Assembly: GCF_036365525.1 (NCBI RefSeq) | Contig: NC_090380.1 | Location: 17,856,001 to 17,920,000, forward strand | From: Heterodontus francisci | Taxonomy: Eukaryota | Direction: 5' to 3' | Length of the DNA stretch: 64,000 nt | Shown: one piece after another, positions 41,277-54,831 of the stretch | How positions within the stretch are numbered: position 1 is the first letter of the stretch | How the letters are laid out: the number at the start of each line of letters is the position of its first letter | Position numbers and translations under genes: made by a program | The notes under the pieces: model-generated | The model's input: only the letters and a program-made list of their open reading frames with translations | What the model was told of the DNA's origin: nothing | The model's database searches: none

Positions 41277-41824
41277 AAGAACAAAGAACAGTACAGCACA
41301 GGAACAGGCCATTCGGCCCTCCAAGCCTGCGCCGATCTTGATGCCTGCCTAAACTAAAACCTTCTGCACTTCCGGGGACCGTATCCCTCTATTCCCACCC
41401 TATTCATGTATTTGTCAAGATGTCTCTTAAATGTCATTATCGGACCTGCTTCCACCACCTCCCCCGGCAGCAAGTTCCAGGCACTCACCATCCTCTGTGT
41501 AAAAAACTTGCCTCGCACATCCCCTCTAAACTTTGCCCCTCTCACCTTAAACCTATGTCCCCTAGTAACTGACTCTTCCACCCTGGGAAAAAGCTTCTGA
41601 CTATCCACTCTGTCCATGCCCCTCATAACTTTGTAAAACTCTTATCATGTCGCCCCTCCACCTCCGTCGTTCCAGTGAAAACAATCCGAGTTTATCCAAC
41701 CTCTCCTCAGAGCTAATACCCTCCAGACCAGGCAACATCCTGGTAAACCTCCCCTGTACCCTCTCCAAAGTCTCCACGTCCTTCTGGCAGTGTGGCGACC
41801 AGAATTGCACGCAATATTCTAAGT
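41277..41824 (-). mobile_element. CR1 3' fragment
   Basis: [11 protein letters not shown]...GKFFTQRMVSAWNLLP; (aaagaac)n tail. Confidence 0.9.
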
Positions 41825-42834
41825 TGCAATTGTTATGGTCAGGTGGGTGATGGCATAGTTGGTTTCCACTGTTCACTTCCCAACTGACCACAGACGGTAT
41901 TTTTATTTAAATTTGTGTTCCAGCCCCTGTATTTTGTTCACCAAATAAACAGACAGTGGCAGGTTTTCTCATGGGTTTAAAACTGAAGATTAAATATTTA
42001 TTAGACAATATTCATCACCCGAAATGTTCACAACAGCACCCACGCATGCATTTGCTCTCACAGGCACACACAAGAGAAGATAGAATCACAGAATCGTTAC
42101 AATGCAGAAGGAGGCCATTCAGCCCATCGTGTCCACACTGGCTCTCTGAAAGAGCAATTCCCTCAGTTCCATTCCCCTGCCTTCTCTCCATTACCCTGCA
42201 CATTCTTCCTTTTCATATAACAGTCTAATTCCCTTTTGAATGCTTCAATTGAACCTGCCTCCACCACTTTCTCAGGCAGCGCATTCCAGACCTTAAACAC
42301 TCGCTGCATGAAAATGGTTTTCCTCATGTCATTTTTGCTTCTCTTACCAAATACTTTAAATCTGTGCCCTCTCATTCTTGATCCTTTCACGAGTGGGAAC
42401 GGTTTCTCTCTACTCTGTCCAGACCCTTCTTGATTTTGAATACCTCTATCAAATCACCTCTCAGCCTTCTCTTCTCCAAGGAAAACAGTCCTAACTTCTC
42501 CAATCTATCTTCATAACTGAAATTCCTCATCCCTAAAACCATTCTCATGAATCTCTTCTGTACTGTCTCCACGCCCTCATGTCTTTCCTCAAGCGTGGTG
42601 CCCAGAATTGGACACAATACTGCAGCTGAGGCCGAACTAATGTCTTATACAAGTTCAACATAATTTCCTGTCTCTTGTACTCTATGCCTCTATTAATAAA
42701 GCCCAGGATACTGTATGCTTTATTAACTGCTCTCTCAACCTGTCATGTCATGACTTATGCACATATACACTTAGGTCCCTCTGCTCCTGCACCTACTTTA
42801 GAATTGTGCCCTTTATTCTAAATTGTCTCTCCAT

Positions 42835-43185
42835 GGGTGGCACAGTGACGCAGTGGTTAGCACCGTAGCCTCACAGCACCAGCGACCCGGGTTCAGTTCT
42901 GGGTACTGCCTGTGCGGGGTTTGCAAGTTCTCCCTGTGACCGTATGGGTTTCTGCTGGGTGCTCCAGTTTCCTCCCATAGCCAAAGACATGCAGGTTAAT
43001 AGGTAAATTAGCCATTGTAAATTGCCCCTAGTGTAGGTAGGTGGTAGGAGAATGGTGGGGATGTGGTAGGGAATATGGGATTAATGTAGGATTAGTATAA
43101 ATGGGTGGTTGTTGGGCAGCACAGACTCAGTGGGCTGAAGGGCCTGTTTCAGTGCTGTATCACTCTATGACACTCTCTCTATGAC
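42835..43185 (+). mobile_element. HE1-type V-SINE inserted in CR1 ORF2
   Basis: Same sequence family as 1387-1705; CATG duplicated on both sides. Confidence 0.88.
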
Positions 43186-45259
43186 ATGTTCTTCCTACTG
43201 AAATGAATCACATTTCTCTACATTGAACTTCTGCCATCTGTCTGCCCAATCCACCAACTTGTCTATGCCCTTTTGAAGTTCTACACTGTCTTCCTCACAG
43301 TTCACAATGCTTCCAAGTTTTGTATCATCTGCAAACTTCGAAATTGTGCCCTGTACACCAAGGTCTAGGTCATTAATATATATCAGGAAAAGTAAGAGTC
43401 CCAACACTGATCCCTGGGGAACTCCACTACAAACCTTCCTCCAGCCCAAAAAACACCCATTAGCCACTACTCTTTGTTTCCTGTCACTCAGCCAATTCCG
43501 TACCCATATTGCTACCATCCCTTTTATTCCATGAGCTACAAGTTTGCTCCCAAGTCTGTTGTGAGACACTTTATCAAATGCTTTTTGAAAGTCCATGTAC
43601 ACCACATCAACAGCATTGCCCTCATCAACCCTTACTGTTACCTCCTCAAAGACTCCAGCAAGTTAGTTAAGCATGATTTTCCTTTAAGAAATCCATGCTG
43701 ACTTTCCTTAATTAACTCGCATTTGTCCATGTGACTATTGATTTTGTCCTGAATTATTTTTTCTAGAAGTTTTCCCATCACCAAAGTTAAACTACTGGCC
43801 TATAGTTGCGGGGCTTATCTTGACACCCTTCTTTGCACAAGGATGTAACGCTTGCACATCTCCAGTCCTCTGGCACCAGCCCTGAATCTAAGGAAGACTG
43901 AAAAATTATGACCAGTGCCTCTGCGATTTCCACCCTCACTCCCCTCAGTATCCTTTGGATGCATCTCATCTGGTCCTGGTGTTTTATCCATTTTAAGTTC
44001 AGACAGCCTATCTAATACTTTCTCTTTATCAATTTTAAACCCCTCTAGTGTCTGACTTACCTCCTCTTTCAGCATTGCCTGGGTTGCGTCATCTTCCTTG
44101 GTAAAGACAGTTGCAAAGTATTCATTTAATACCTCAGCTATGCCCTCTGCCTCCATGTGTAAATCCCCTTTTTGGTCCCTAATCAGCCCCATTCCTCCCT
44201 TTACCACCCTTTTGCTATTTATATGCCTAAAGAAAACTTTGGGCTTTCCTTTAATGCTGGCTGCCAGTCTCTTCTCATGCTCTCTGCTTCACTTATTTGC
44301 TTTTTCACTCCCCCTCTGGACCTTCTGGTTCACAATAGTATTTTCCACCTGGCCTCTATCATAAGCACACTTTTTCTTCTTTATCTTGATCTCCACCTCT
44401 TTTGTCATCCAGGGAGCTCTGGATTTGTTTGTCCTACTTTTCCCCTTTGAGGGAACATATCTGGACTGTGCCTGAACTATCTCTTCTTTGAAGGTAGCCC
44501 ATTGTTCATCTACCGGTTTTCCTGCCAGCTTTTGACTCCAATTTATTCACCTCAGTTCCATTCTTACCCCATTGAAGTTGGCCTTCCTCCAGTTAATTAT
44601 TTTTACCCTGGATTTCTCTTTGTCCTTTTCCATAGTCAGCCTAAACCTTATGACACAATGATCACTATCCCCTAAATGTTCTCCTACTGATACTTGATCC
44701 ACTTGGTCCACCTCATTCCCAAGAACCAGGTCTAGCAGTGCCTCCTTTCTTGTTGGACTAGCAACATACTGTTGTTGGAAATTTCCCTGAACACACTCTA
44801 GGAACTCTTGCCCTTCACTTCCCTTAACACTACTATTATCCCAATCTATGTTTAGATAATTAAAGTCCCCTATTAAAACTATCCTATAATTTTTGCTCCT
44901 CTCTGTAATTTCCTTACAAATTTGTTTCTCCGTGTCCTTCCCACTATCTGGTGGCCTATAGACAACACCGAGCAATGTAACTGCACGTTTTTTATTCCTT
45001 ACCTCTAGCCAAATTGATTCTGTCCTCGACCCCTCTGAACACCCTTTTTCTCCAGCACTGCAATGCTCTCCTTAATCAATACCACTACTCCTCCCCTTTT
45101 TCCTATCTTTCCTGAACACTTTGTATCCAGGAATATTTAACACCCAGTCCTGCCCTTCTTTGAGCCAGGTCTCTGTTATAGCCACAACATCGTATTTCCA
45201 CATGGCAATCTCTGCCTGTACCTCACCAGTCTTATTAACCACACTCCGTGCATTCATAT

Positions 45260-46064
45260 TGTCAGGCAAACCCCTCACCTGCTAAGACTGAGGCACATAT
45301 TATGTCACCACATGAACATTAAAACTTAAAATTGCAAGCCCCTGACTGAAAAGACATTTGAATAGTAACAGACAGTGTTGGAACAATGGGGACTCAGTCA
45401 TTGCTTTCCCAATACACAGAAGAAGTGGTCAGACTAGTTTTGGTCACAAGGCTGACTAACTGTTGGAGGTTTTGAATTTGAACTTCCAACAGAGAATTCT
45501 GAACTCAGAATGCCACGTGTTCCCGGTTGGAACAGAACCTCCAGTCCTACCTGCCTCCATCTCTTTCCCACGGAACTGAATCTTGTGAAAACACGTGAAC
45601 CTCAAAGAGGGAAAAGTCTTTTACGTGAACAAGGTTTAAAAGGAACACTGGGCCCTGACGAACAGCAAGACCTCCTACAATCAAGTGAGCTCGAAGCACA
45701 GTAAACAAAAGACTCTTCTGATATTGCCTCAAACCCCTCTCTGCTATATCTTCCTCTTCTCTTTTCTATCCCTATCTGCTTGTGTAAATTGCACGCCCAT
45801 GCTAGCATGGGCACGTCGAATATCCGTAGGAGTGAACCGTATTAGAGTTTAAGCTTAAGGTTTAATAAATTTCATCTTTCTCCATTAAACCTGAGAAAAC
45901 CTGGTGTGTTGGTTTCTTTGCCTTACAATTGAAAAGTTGTGAACAAGGATTCACAAAAGGGGGGAGCTCAAAACACAGTGTGTTTAAAAATAAAACCATG
46001 TTACAATAAGACCAGGTAAAGACAGCAAAAGACCCCTAGTCACCTTTCGCAGCTGGTCATAACA
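45260..46064 (+). mobile_element. Solo LTR inserted at the start of CR1 ORF2
   Basis: TGTCAGG...GGTCATAACA, AATAAA at about 45863. It interrupts CR1 between gcattcatat and tacatgcac. Confidence 0.75.
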
Positions 46065-48568
46065 TACATGCACATTAACCTTGGTTCAGACTTTATTACT
46101 TTCTCCCTTACTCTGATCCCACGTACTAAGGTACTATTCCCTACTCTCGAGCTATCTATCTCCCCCAGTATTCTGTGCACCTTGGTATTCCTCTCTAAAA
46201 CTTGCTCCTGGTTCCCACACCCCTGACTAGTTATCAGTTTTGCTTCCCTCCAATCTGAGCTCCCTCTCAGGTTCCCACCCCCCTGACAATTCAGTTTACA
46301 CCCTCCCCAACAGCACTAGCAAATCTCCCCACGAGGATATTTGGCCCAGTCCTGCTAAGGTACAACCCGTCCATCTTGTACAGGTCCCACCTGCCCCAGA
46401 ACCGGTCCCAATGTCTCAGAAATCTGATGCTCTCCCTCCTACACCAATTCTCCAGCCACGTGTTCAATCGCTCAATTCTCCTATTCCTATGCTCACTTGC
46501 ACGTGGGACTGGGAGTAATCCTGAGATTACTGCTTTTGAGGTCCTACTTTTTAATCTCCTTGCTAGCTCCCTAAAATCTGCTTTCAGGACCTCATCCCCT
46601 TCTTACCTATGCCGTTGGTACCAATGTGGTCCACGACCTGTGGCTGTTCACTCTCCCCAGAAGAATGTCCTGCAGCCTCCTTGACCCTGACACCAGGGAG
46701 GTAACACAGCATCCTGGAGTCACGTTTAGTGTCGCAGAAATGCCTGTCTGTTCCTCTAACTAACGAATCCCCTATCAATACTGCTCTTCCACTCCTTTTC
46801 CTCCCCTCCTGTGCAGCTGAGCCACTTGTGATGCCACAAACTTGGCTCTGACTGCACTCCTCTGAGGAACCATCATCCTCACTATAATCCAAAATGGAAA
46901 ACTGATTAGCAAGTGAGGTCATATCAGGGGACTCCTGCACTACCTGTCTGGTTCTCTTAGACTGCCTGATGGTCAGTCACCCTTTCCCTATCTGCCTGCA
47001 TGCTCCTAATCTGTGGTGTGACCATCTCCCTAAACCTGCTATCCACGTAGTCCTCCACCTCGCGGATGAACAACAGTGATTCCAGCCACTGCTCAAGTTC
47101 CGAACCCCAGAGCTACTGTTTCTACAGCTGGTGACGCTTCCTGCAGATGTGTTTGGCTAGGACAGATGGTGTGTCCATGACTTCCCACATGCCACAGGTT
47201 GCACATTCCACTCGGCAGAGCTGCCCTGCCATACCTTAATTTTACAGACTATTTATTATAAGTGGAATAGTTTATCAGTTACTCACCAAACAGCTCCATC
47301 CACTGCACCGAAGCAAGAACCAATTACTGGAGGGTTAAAAAAGTAGAAAAAAGGAAAAATGGAGCACCTCCGTCCCCTTCACCGAACTTGCCACTCACCA
47401 AACTCGAATCTCCACATTCAGCTTGCAATCTGCACACCGTGAGTCCAATAGACATTACCAATGATAATAAAGCTTTGCCAACACTGATAAACCTAACTAC
47501 TATTAGAAAATCTTACAAATGCTGATAAACCCTAATAATACTTCATACAGCTTATGTACCCCAATTTGAACTAATACACTCCCTACTGATCTCTCTCTCT
47601 CACTCTGTATTATAAATAATAAAATCCACTTTAGTTTTTTAGTTTATATATTAATAAATCGATCAAGTCTTATTATATATTTGATTTAAATGAAACTAAA
47701 ATTTAAAGCTTACCTGTATACTCACCCCAGCTGCTTTCTGTGTCCCTGCTCTCACTGTTGATTGTGATGCTACTCTGACGTCACTTTTCGATTTTTCCCC
47801 TGCTCTCTCTCAGTCGGTCTGTCTCTGGTCTCCCTAGATAGAAGGAATAGGTAAGATGTGTTAAGAGGTCAAGGTGTAAAAGTCTGTTGTTTCAGGAAAA
47901 CCTGTGAGATCCTCTCGGAAGGTGAATTTTAAAGTTGCAGGCCTGTTTGCTGGTTGTCTTGTATTTGCTGGGTTGCTGAAGACATCTGATGGTTCACTTC
48001 AGTTTGAAGATGATGCTAATTTTCTTAGTTCAGTTTTCATAGGTGGAGAAGTTGTTTCAAAGGCACTCTCTGTTCTCTGTTTCAGTCTTCAATTTGTTTC
48101 AGCAGGATTCAAATATTAGTTGGAACTGGTCTCTCTCTCTCAGCCTTGTGCTGGAGTTCAAGATGGCTTTCGATGTTGATCACATGGTTTGAGAGTCCAG
48201 ACTGATGTTGATGACTTGATGAGTGAACTGGAAAGACTCCTTTGTTCTTCAACATGATTACCTTTCAAGGTAAACTCATTAAATGTTAGTTTTGTCCATG
48301 TGACTTTCGGTTTCAGTTCCTGATGGGCAGTACAATAGCTTTTTGATGGCCCCATTTGGATAATATAAGGACTGTTCATACTCTATTGTGGAGAATGATA
48401 GCTGGAAACATACAGTCTGGGAGTGTCTTTGTTTTAGTTTGTTTTGTGTACAGCTCACATTTGTGTGTGATAAGCTGTCTCATTTCCATGTAGAGGGGTT
48501 AATTGGTTTTAGTTCTAGAAGACATGGATGTGGATTCTAGTGCAGGAGGTGGTATGGGTCATGTGACT

Positions 48569-49489
48569 TGTCCTCGACTGAGGTGGGAGGAGTTTAGTCT
48601 AGTCCCACTTCTCCACAGGTCACAACATATATTTTTAATTTTCCCACTTACTGATATAGTCAATTTATTTTTCCCAGAATAGAACACACTAACCAGGTTT
48701 CTTTAATGAACAACAAAATTATCAGTTTATTATAAAACCAGTCTTAACCAGTAATGAAGTAAAGCATAAACACACAGATTGAAAATTTAAAGTCCCCTTT
48801 TTACCTTACACACACACACCAGCTAACCGGAAAACTAAAAGGGATTTTCGTTCAGAGCTCTGTTGCGGACAAAAAAACATTGGGCTGAATGCTCGTTCAT
48901 TCTTGAAGAAGACAGCAGATGAGATATATTGTGTTCCAAAACTGGCATACAGTCTAATTTCTGAGTACACGAGATGGGTCACTGAGATCCTTTAGAACAG
49001 TTCTTTTCAGGTGGCATTGAAAAGTAATTAAGCAGGCTTTTCTTCAAAGACAGGAGATGAGATGAATTGACACAGTGGACTTTTCAGGGTCTTTTAGAGA
49101 GGTACTGGAAAGCAAACTGGGTTGTGGTCTTCTTCCTTGACACTTCCTCAGCAGCAGGAGCTAACCTGATCTCATTCCAGAAGGTAAAACACACTGACAT
49201 TAAAACCATGGGTTTGCTGCCCACTTAGGTGTGCGCTGCTGCTCCCAGGCTTGTCCTTTCAAGGGGCGCGCGACTGACTTCTCTGCCCACATCTTCCCCT
49301 ATTACCAGGGTTTCTGTTCTATTTTTAACTTGGTTCATGTGATGGCCAGTGAACATTGTTGCCAAACCAGTTCTTTCAATATCCTCTTGATGACTCTCTT
49401 GAGAAAAAAACTGGTCCAACCTTTATTCAGTTTGACAATGAATTCCTCAAAAAATATTTTTAACAAAAAACAGAATCACTTTCACAACA
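48569..49489 (-). mobile_element. Solo LTR (different family) nested in the 41831 LTR
   Basis: TGTCCTCGACTGAGG...TTCACAACA; TTTATT at about 48726; (CA)n tract. Confidence 0.55.
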
Positions 49490-50809
49490 ATTTTCATTGC
49501 CTCTCTTCTCATGAGCGTGACGCAGTGTAGATACTGCCAAACTATTGCATCTCCTTAGAATTAAGCTTCACAATACCAAGTATGTACCCTCTTCAGTAAT
49601 TCTTAACTGGAGCTTGAGGTGGTTTCAGTAGCTGGCCCTCTACCCTTCTTTATTTATTCAATTTTTTTCGGGTGTTTACATGTCACGGTGTGGGTAGATT
49701 TAATACAGCAATCTCCATCAATCTGACCCTGGAGAGCCTTTTAACTGAGTTCTCTTGGACTGTACCAGTCACTGCACACCAATGCAAAGAATGACATGTT
49801 ATGACCCACCTCTGCTTTCCAGCCAATTTGTAACTGTCCTCCCGCATTCTCCATGACTCACCACTATCTCTGTAAGTTTCTTATAAAATCTGTTACATTT
49901 CCATGTTTGCTAAGGCTTTAATAGCTGCATAAATTAGCAAGACATGACCTAACATGTCAGAAGTCTATGCTGACTTATTTGTCTGGGGCAATTTAGATAA
50001 ATTCCAAGACAACACAATTGCACAGACAGCACAGTAGATTTAAAGCAGAAAGGTTTATTGCAATTTACAGTGTTTCTGAGATCAAATGTTTGTTGTGCAG
50101 ATATAAATGTTTTGGTTAAATCATTGATGCCATCTTTATATCAATGTATGGCAGTTTATTTACATCGCACAGAGAATCAGGTTGATAAAGAAGCTCGTGC
50201 TGTGTTTTTAGTTCAAGTGAGTAGCTCCTCCAATTTAAACCTGTCAAATAACTAGAAGAGAAAATGTCAACCAGCATCATGCTTTGACTAGTTTCAGTTA
50301 CAGTGGTTCACAAAATCTAAAAAGCTTGCTCCAGGAACACTGCCAGAGTGGTTCATCACTTAGAGAAAGAAAGGCTTGCATTTAGGTAGCACATTTTCAC
50401 AACCTCAGTACGTCCCAAAGCACTTTGCAGCTAATGAAGTACTTTTTGAAGTGTAATTCACTTCAAGCTATAAAACCTCACCTGAGGTTTTTCTACCTTG
50501 TAGTTTTTATCACTTAGTCCTGTTGCAGGAAAGAATGACCACTGATCTCACAATCAATATGTATATTTTATATAGCTCACCTTATCCTTTTTTGGTACAT
50601 TTTGCTTAGTGTAAATCCTCCCTGTTTGTGTGATGCTCTGACAACCACAATTAGAAATCTGGAAGGAGAGCTGTGATTACACAAATGTAGGTGCGGCTGA
50701 CTGATTTTTAAAAGTAATAACCTTCCTTGGAGGGCATTCATGCCTGTTGTGTTGCCCCCCTCTCAATAGTTTCCTATCCCAGGCCAAGAAGGCAGGGTGG
50801 ACAGCTTAG

Positions 50810-51135
50810 AGTCATAGAAACTTACAGCACGGAGCAGGCCGTTCAGCCCATTGTACCTGTGACAGTTCTTTGAAAGAGCTAACCAATTAGTCCCACTCCT
50901 CTGCTCTTTCCCCTTAGTCCTGCAAAGGTTTCCTTTTTAAGTATATCTCCAATTCACTGGACTATTCCAAATATTATTCAATAGTTGCTATTGAATCTGT
51001 TTCCACCACTCTTTCAGAGAGTGAATTCCAGATCATCATAACTCACTGCGTAAAAGAATGTTTCCTCATGTTGCCTCCAGTTCATTTGGCAATTATCTTA
51101 AATCTGTTTCCTCTGGTTATTGACATTCCTGCCAG
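50810..51135 (-). mobile_element. CR1 3' end
   Basis: gtcatagaaacttacagcacggagcaggccgttcagccc...aattccagatc..actcactgcgtaaaa. Confidence 0.8.
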
Positions 51136-51309
51136 TGAAAAGGATGGGGTGGATTTTATGGAGGTGACAGGCATCCCGCTGCCGCGGTGGAAAGTGGGGG
51201 GAGGGGGGCATCTTGTTGGTGGCAGCCAACTAAGTGGCTGCCGCCGGGGCTGCTGTCCCTATCAAGCAGAGCGGCCCCCCTCATCCCCCCTCATCCCCAA
51301 GAGCTGCCA

Positions 51310-52170
51310 GCCAACCAGACAGATGAAGGCACGGCTGACAATAGTGGAGCGAAGGAAAATGGGGATGCATAAAAATCCAGAATTGGAGGAATGTAGAGGA
51401 GATGGAGGGTTGTGGGGCTGGAGGTGGTGACAGAGATAGTGTGGGGCAAGGCCATGGAAAGATTTGAAAACAAGGGTGAAAGTTCAACTGCACCAGGTGT
51501 CAATGTAGGTTCACGAGCCCAGGAATAATGAATGAACAGGACTTGGTGCGAGTTAGGATATGGGCAGCAGAGTTTTGGACGACCTCATGTTTATGGAAGG
51601 TGGAAAATAGAGGCTGGGTAGGAGAGCAGTGGAATAGTCAAGGCTGGAGCTAACAAACGCACGGATGAGGGTCTCAGCAGCAGATGAGCTGAGGTAGGGG
51701 ATGAAATTGATTCTATTATGCAGTTGGAAGTAGATGGTCTTTATGATGAATAGGATATGTTCAGCTCAGGTTCAAAGAAGACATTGAGGTTGTGAACATT
51801 CTGACTCATCCTAAGACACTGGCCAGGGAGGGGCATGAAGTTGGTGGCTACGGAACAGCATTTGTACTGGGGGCCAAAGACAATTATTTGGGTCTTCTCA
51901 ATATTTAATTGGAGAAACCTTCTGTTCATCCAGTCCTGGATGTTGGAGAAATAGCATGACAAATCAGACGCAGTGGAGGGGCCGAGGATGAATTAGAGCT
52001 GGGTGTCATCAACATACATGTGGAACCTGATGTATTTTCGGATGCCACAGAGTGGCAATGTGTAATTAAGAAATATGAGGTGGCCACAGATGGATCCGTG
52101 GGGGACTTTAGAGGTAACACTGCAGGAAGAGAGCCATTGCAGGAGATTCCCTGGCTACGACTGCATAGAT
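51310..52170 (-). mobile_element. L2 LINE fragment
   Basis: SNIQDWMNRRFLQLNIEKTQIIVFG; decayed HMYVDDTQL motif at about 52000-52020. Confidence 0.85.
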
Positions 52171-52174
52171 AAGA

Positions 52175-52475
52175 ATGGAACCAGACCAATTTCACACAGC
52201 AAGGTGCCACAAACAGCAAAGTGAGAATCTGTTTTAGGTTTGTTGGTTGGGCAATCATTTTTGGTCAGGACACCAGGGAGAACTCCCCTGTTCTTCTTGG
52301 AATATGTCCATCTGAGGATGGAGTGTCGATTTACAATCTCATGCAAAAGACGGTACCACCAATTGTGCAATACTCCATCAGTACTGTACTGGAAGTGCCA
52401 GCCAAAATTGTGTGTTCAAGACTCGGGAGTAGGATTTGAACCCATGACCTTCTGACTCAGAACATGGCTGACACC
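52175..52475 (-). mobile_element. Deu-domain SINE (decayed)
   Basis: ggacaccagggagaactcccctgttcttc; ggatttgaacccatgaccttctgactcag; ggctgacac. Confidence 0.7.
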
Positions 52476-54450
52476 TGGAGGCATAGAAATGTGGCCCAGT
52501 CAAGACTCCCAATCTTCATTTCTCTTCCACCTCCCACCACCCCCACCCCATGTTTGATCTATGCTCGAGACTAACCCCACACCAATGCAACGTGCATCAG
52601 GAACTCAGCCCTTGGATTCCATATTTCCAAGTTTCTGCTCTGTGTTTGGCTTTTGTGCTGAGCCTTACAGACACTACTTAAAGATGGAATCTACAAGCAG
52701 AAGGATTCTGTCTGTTTCCTTTGTATTTATTTTAAATATTGCAATAAAAATGCTGTACAAGCCAAGTACATATTCTCACCAAGCCATGATAGAAGATTGT
52801 ATTATATAGTTTTTCTGCAATAATTTTGTTATTAACTGCAACTGTTGTTTAAGAATGCTACGTGTCTTGCACATGGATTTTATAATGTTTTCTGTGCTTT
52901 TACAAGAACACAGATCCTTTCCTGCTGAGCTGCTGGAAGATGCACCCTGGTTGGAAACCATGTATAAAATGTTATTAAACTAAAGGCACTGTGTGTGTTC
53001 CCAGACCGCTTGAAGAGGAGATAAAGACCAATGTAACTTGGTATGGTGTCGATAAATGCATTCCTGATTCAAGCCAAGAATTCCAGTGATCTAATGGATA
53101 TCTCTTTTATTTGAGAGGGTTTGAATTCTGTGGTTTTAAAAACATGGATGTAATTTTAATGAGATTGTTCAACTATATATTCTATGTTATTAATTGGATA
53201 AGAGTCCAGTGAAACAATGGGATTTAGAGTATTCATGGCTAGAGGTACAGAAATGTTTTTACAATCAGAATCCTAATCAAAAGGTGGCAGCACATAGCCA
53301 ACCAGTGAATGCATTTACTGTGTATTGGGAGCCTGGTCATTAAGTCAATATGATGGGCCAGAAGTTACTGTAGCTGGCCAAACGTCACCCGTTAGCCTTG
53401 CCTGTGTCTGTTTAATTTCCATGAGATGTTGCACTGCAAGTTGATGTAAGTGAGAGATGAACATGGCACAGCGTCCTTGTGATGGAGTCCGCGGTGTGAG
53501 ACTGGTGGAGGAGCATCTGCAGACTGTTATCGGAACAGATAACTTACTAAATGAATTGTTAGGTGCTATGGCTTTGGATTCAAAGCTTGTGTTTTTTCTG
53601 AGACAACCATTTACTGGAAAAGAAAACTGAAAGCTTCAGAGTTCTGGGAAGACCAAACAGGTCCTATCCAATTTAAAACACAGGTCACAGAATCATGTGA
53701 AAGAGTGTGACCAGCGCTATTCAAGGTTCAGGTTACAGATCAGCAGAATTGAAACAGACTGCTATTTGTATGTGGAAGAAACAGCAAGCAATTGTTTTAA
53801 AAGACAGGCTGCAAGCAGAGGAGATCAGACTCTGAGAACTGACCATTGGCGAATACGACTTACGGCAGCTGTTTTCGGTGTCTTAGAGTTATGAGTAGAA
53901 CAGTGCCCTCAAGACTGTTGTGGCTTAGGCTGAGGTTGTTCAAGAGACGACAAGACCAAACCATTAAAGTGAAGATTGCATTGCTCGCTATCGATGGGAC
54001 ATCATTACTTCCGTATCTGCATCCGGGAGGATAGAACTTGGAAAACTACCTGAGGAAGTTCCTGATTTTGAAGAACTTTGTGATGGGGATCATAACACCC
54101 TCTATAAGGCATCTGGGATCTGTGTGAATAGGGCAAACAACCGTATCTCCTTAACCGATCAGATTGAAGAATTGTGAATTGTACAACGCAGAATGAAATA
54201 GAAGGAAAGATTGGATTGAGAGAGAGAAAAAAAGACAAAAAAGCATATTTTAAAACATCTCCAACAACAATTAAAAGCAAAAGAAATGAGACTCCACACT
54301 TGTAATAATTTTCAATGCCAGAGAGGATAATTGGCAGTAACTGAAACTTATTAGGCTGTTAAAAAGGGTACTTAGACTGTAATAGATAAGCCCCAACATT
54401 CTGTAGCAAGTTTAGTTTGTATCTATGATGCACGTACAGGAACTTCACAC

Positions 54451-54831
54451 TAAAGGCCTGCTACCCGACCTGAACCCAACAGGACCCGACGACATGTGTC
54501 GGCTTCAGGTCGGGTCGGCTCGCACTTCCGGGTCCGGCATTCGGGCTTGGCTCGGGTAGGGCCGGATCGGACACGCTCTCTCACAACCTCAGTTAAATGA
54601 CTCTAATGTTAATTTACTTTTTGGACTTTAAAGGTGGTTTTGTTACTGTTATTTTAAGCTTGTGCAGGTAAGGAACAAAGTGAAAAACGGAAGGTAGGTT
54701 AATTCACAGTCGGGTCGGGTCAGGTCGGGCGCGGGAAAAAATGGAAAGACTCGGGCGGGTCAGGCTTGGGCTCGGATGGGGTTCTGTCGGGCTCGGGTGG
54801 GGTCTCATTTGCAGACCTGAGCAGGCCTTTA
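54451..54831. mobile_element. hAT-family MITE
   Basis: Perfect 12-bp TIR TAAAGGCCTGCT / AGCAGGCCTTTA; 8-bp TSD CTTCACAC / CTTCACAG; subterminal (TCGGG/CCCGA)n arrays. Confidence 0.88.

Larger units (their letters stand above)
42086..47835 (-). mobile_element. Full-length, decayed CR1 LINE (5'UTR, ORF1 with Cys motif + SGNH esterase, ORF2 APE-RT, 3' tail)
   Basis: ORF1 [81 protein letters not shown]. 8-bp direct repeat AGATAGAA at 42078-42085 and 47836-47843. TGACGTCA in the 5'UTR at 47776-47783. Multiple stops and frameshifts. Confidence 0.92.
41831..49522 (-). mobile_element. Solo LTR split by a full-length CR1 and a second LTR
   Basis: Starts TGTTATGGTC. LTR-like sequence stops at 42085, resumes at 47836 and ends GTGACG; flanks CAAT/CAGT. 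Confidence 0.5.
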
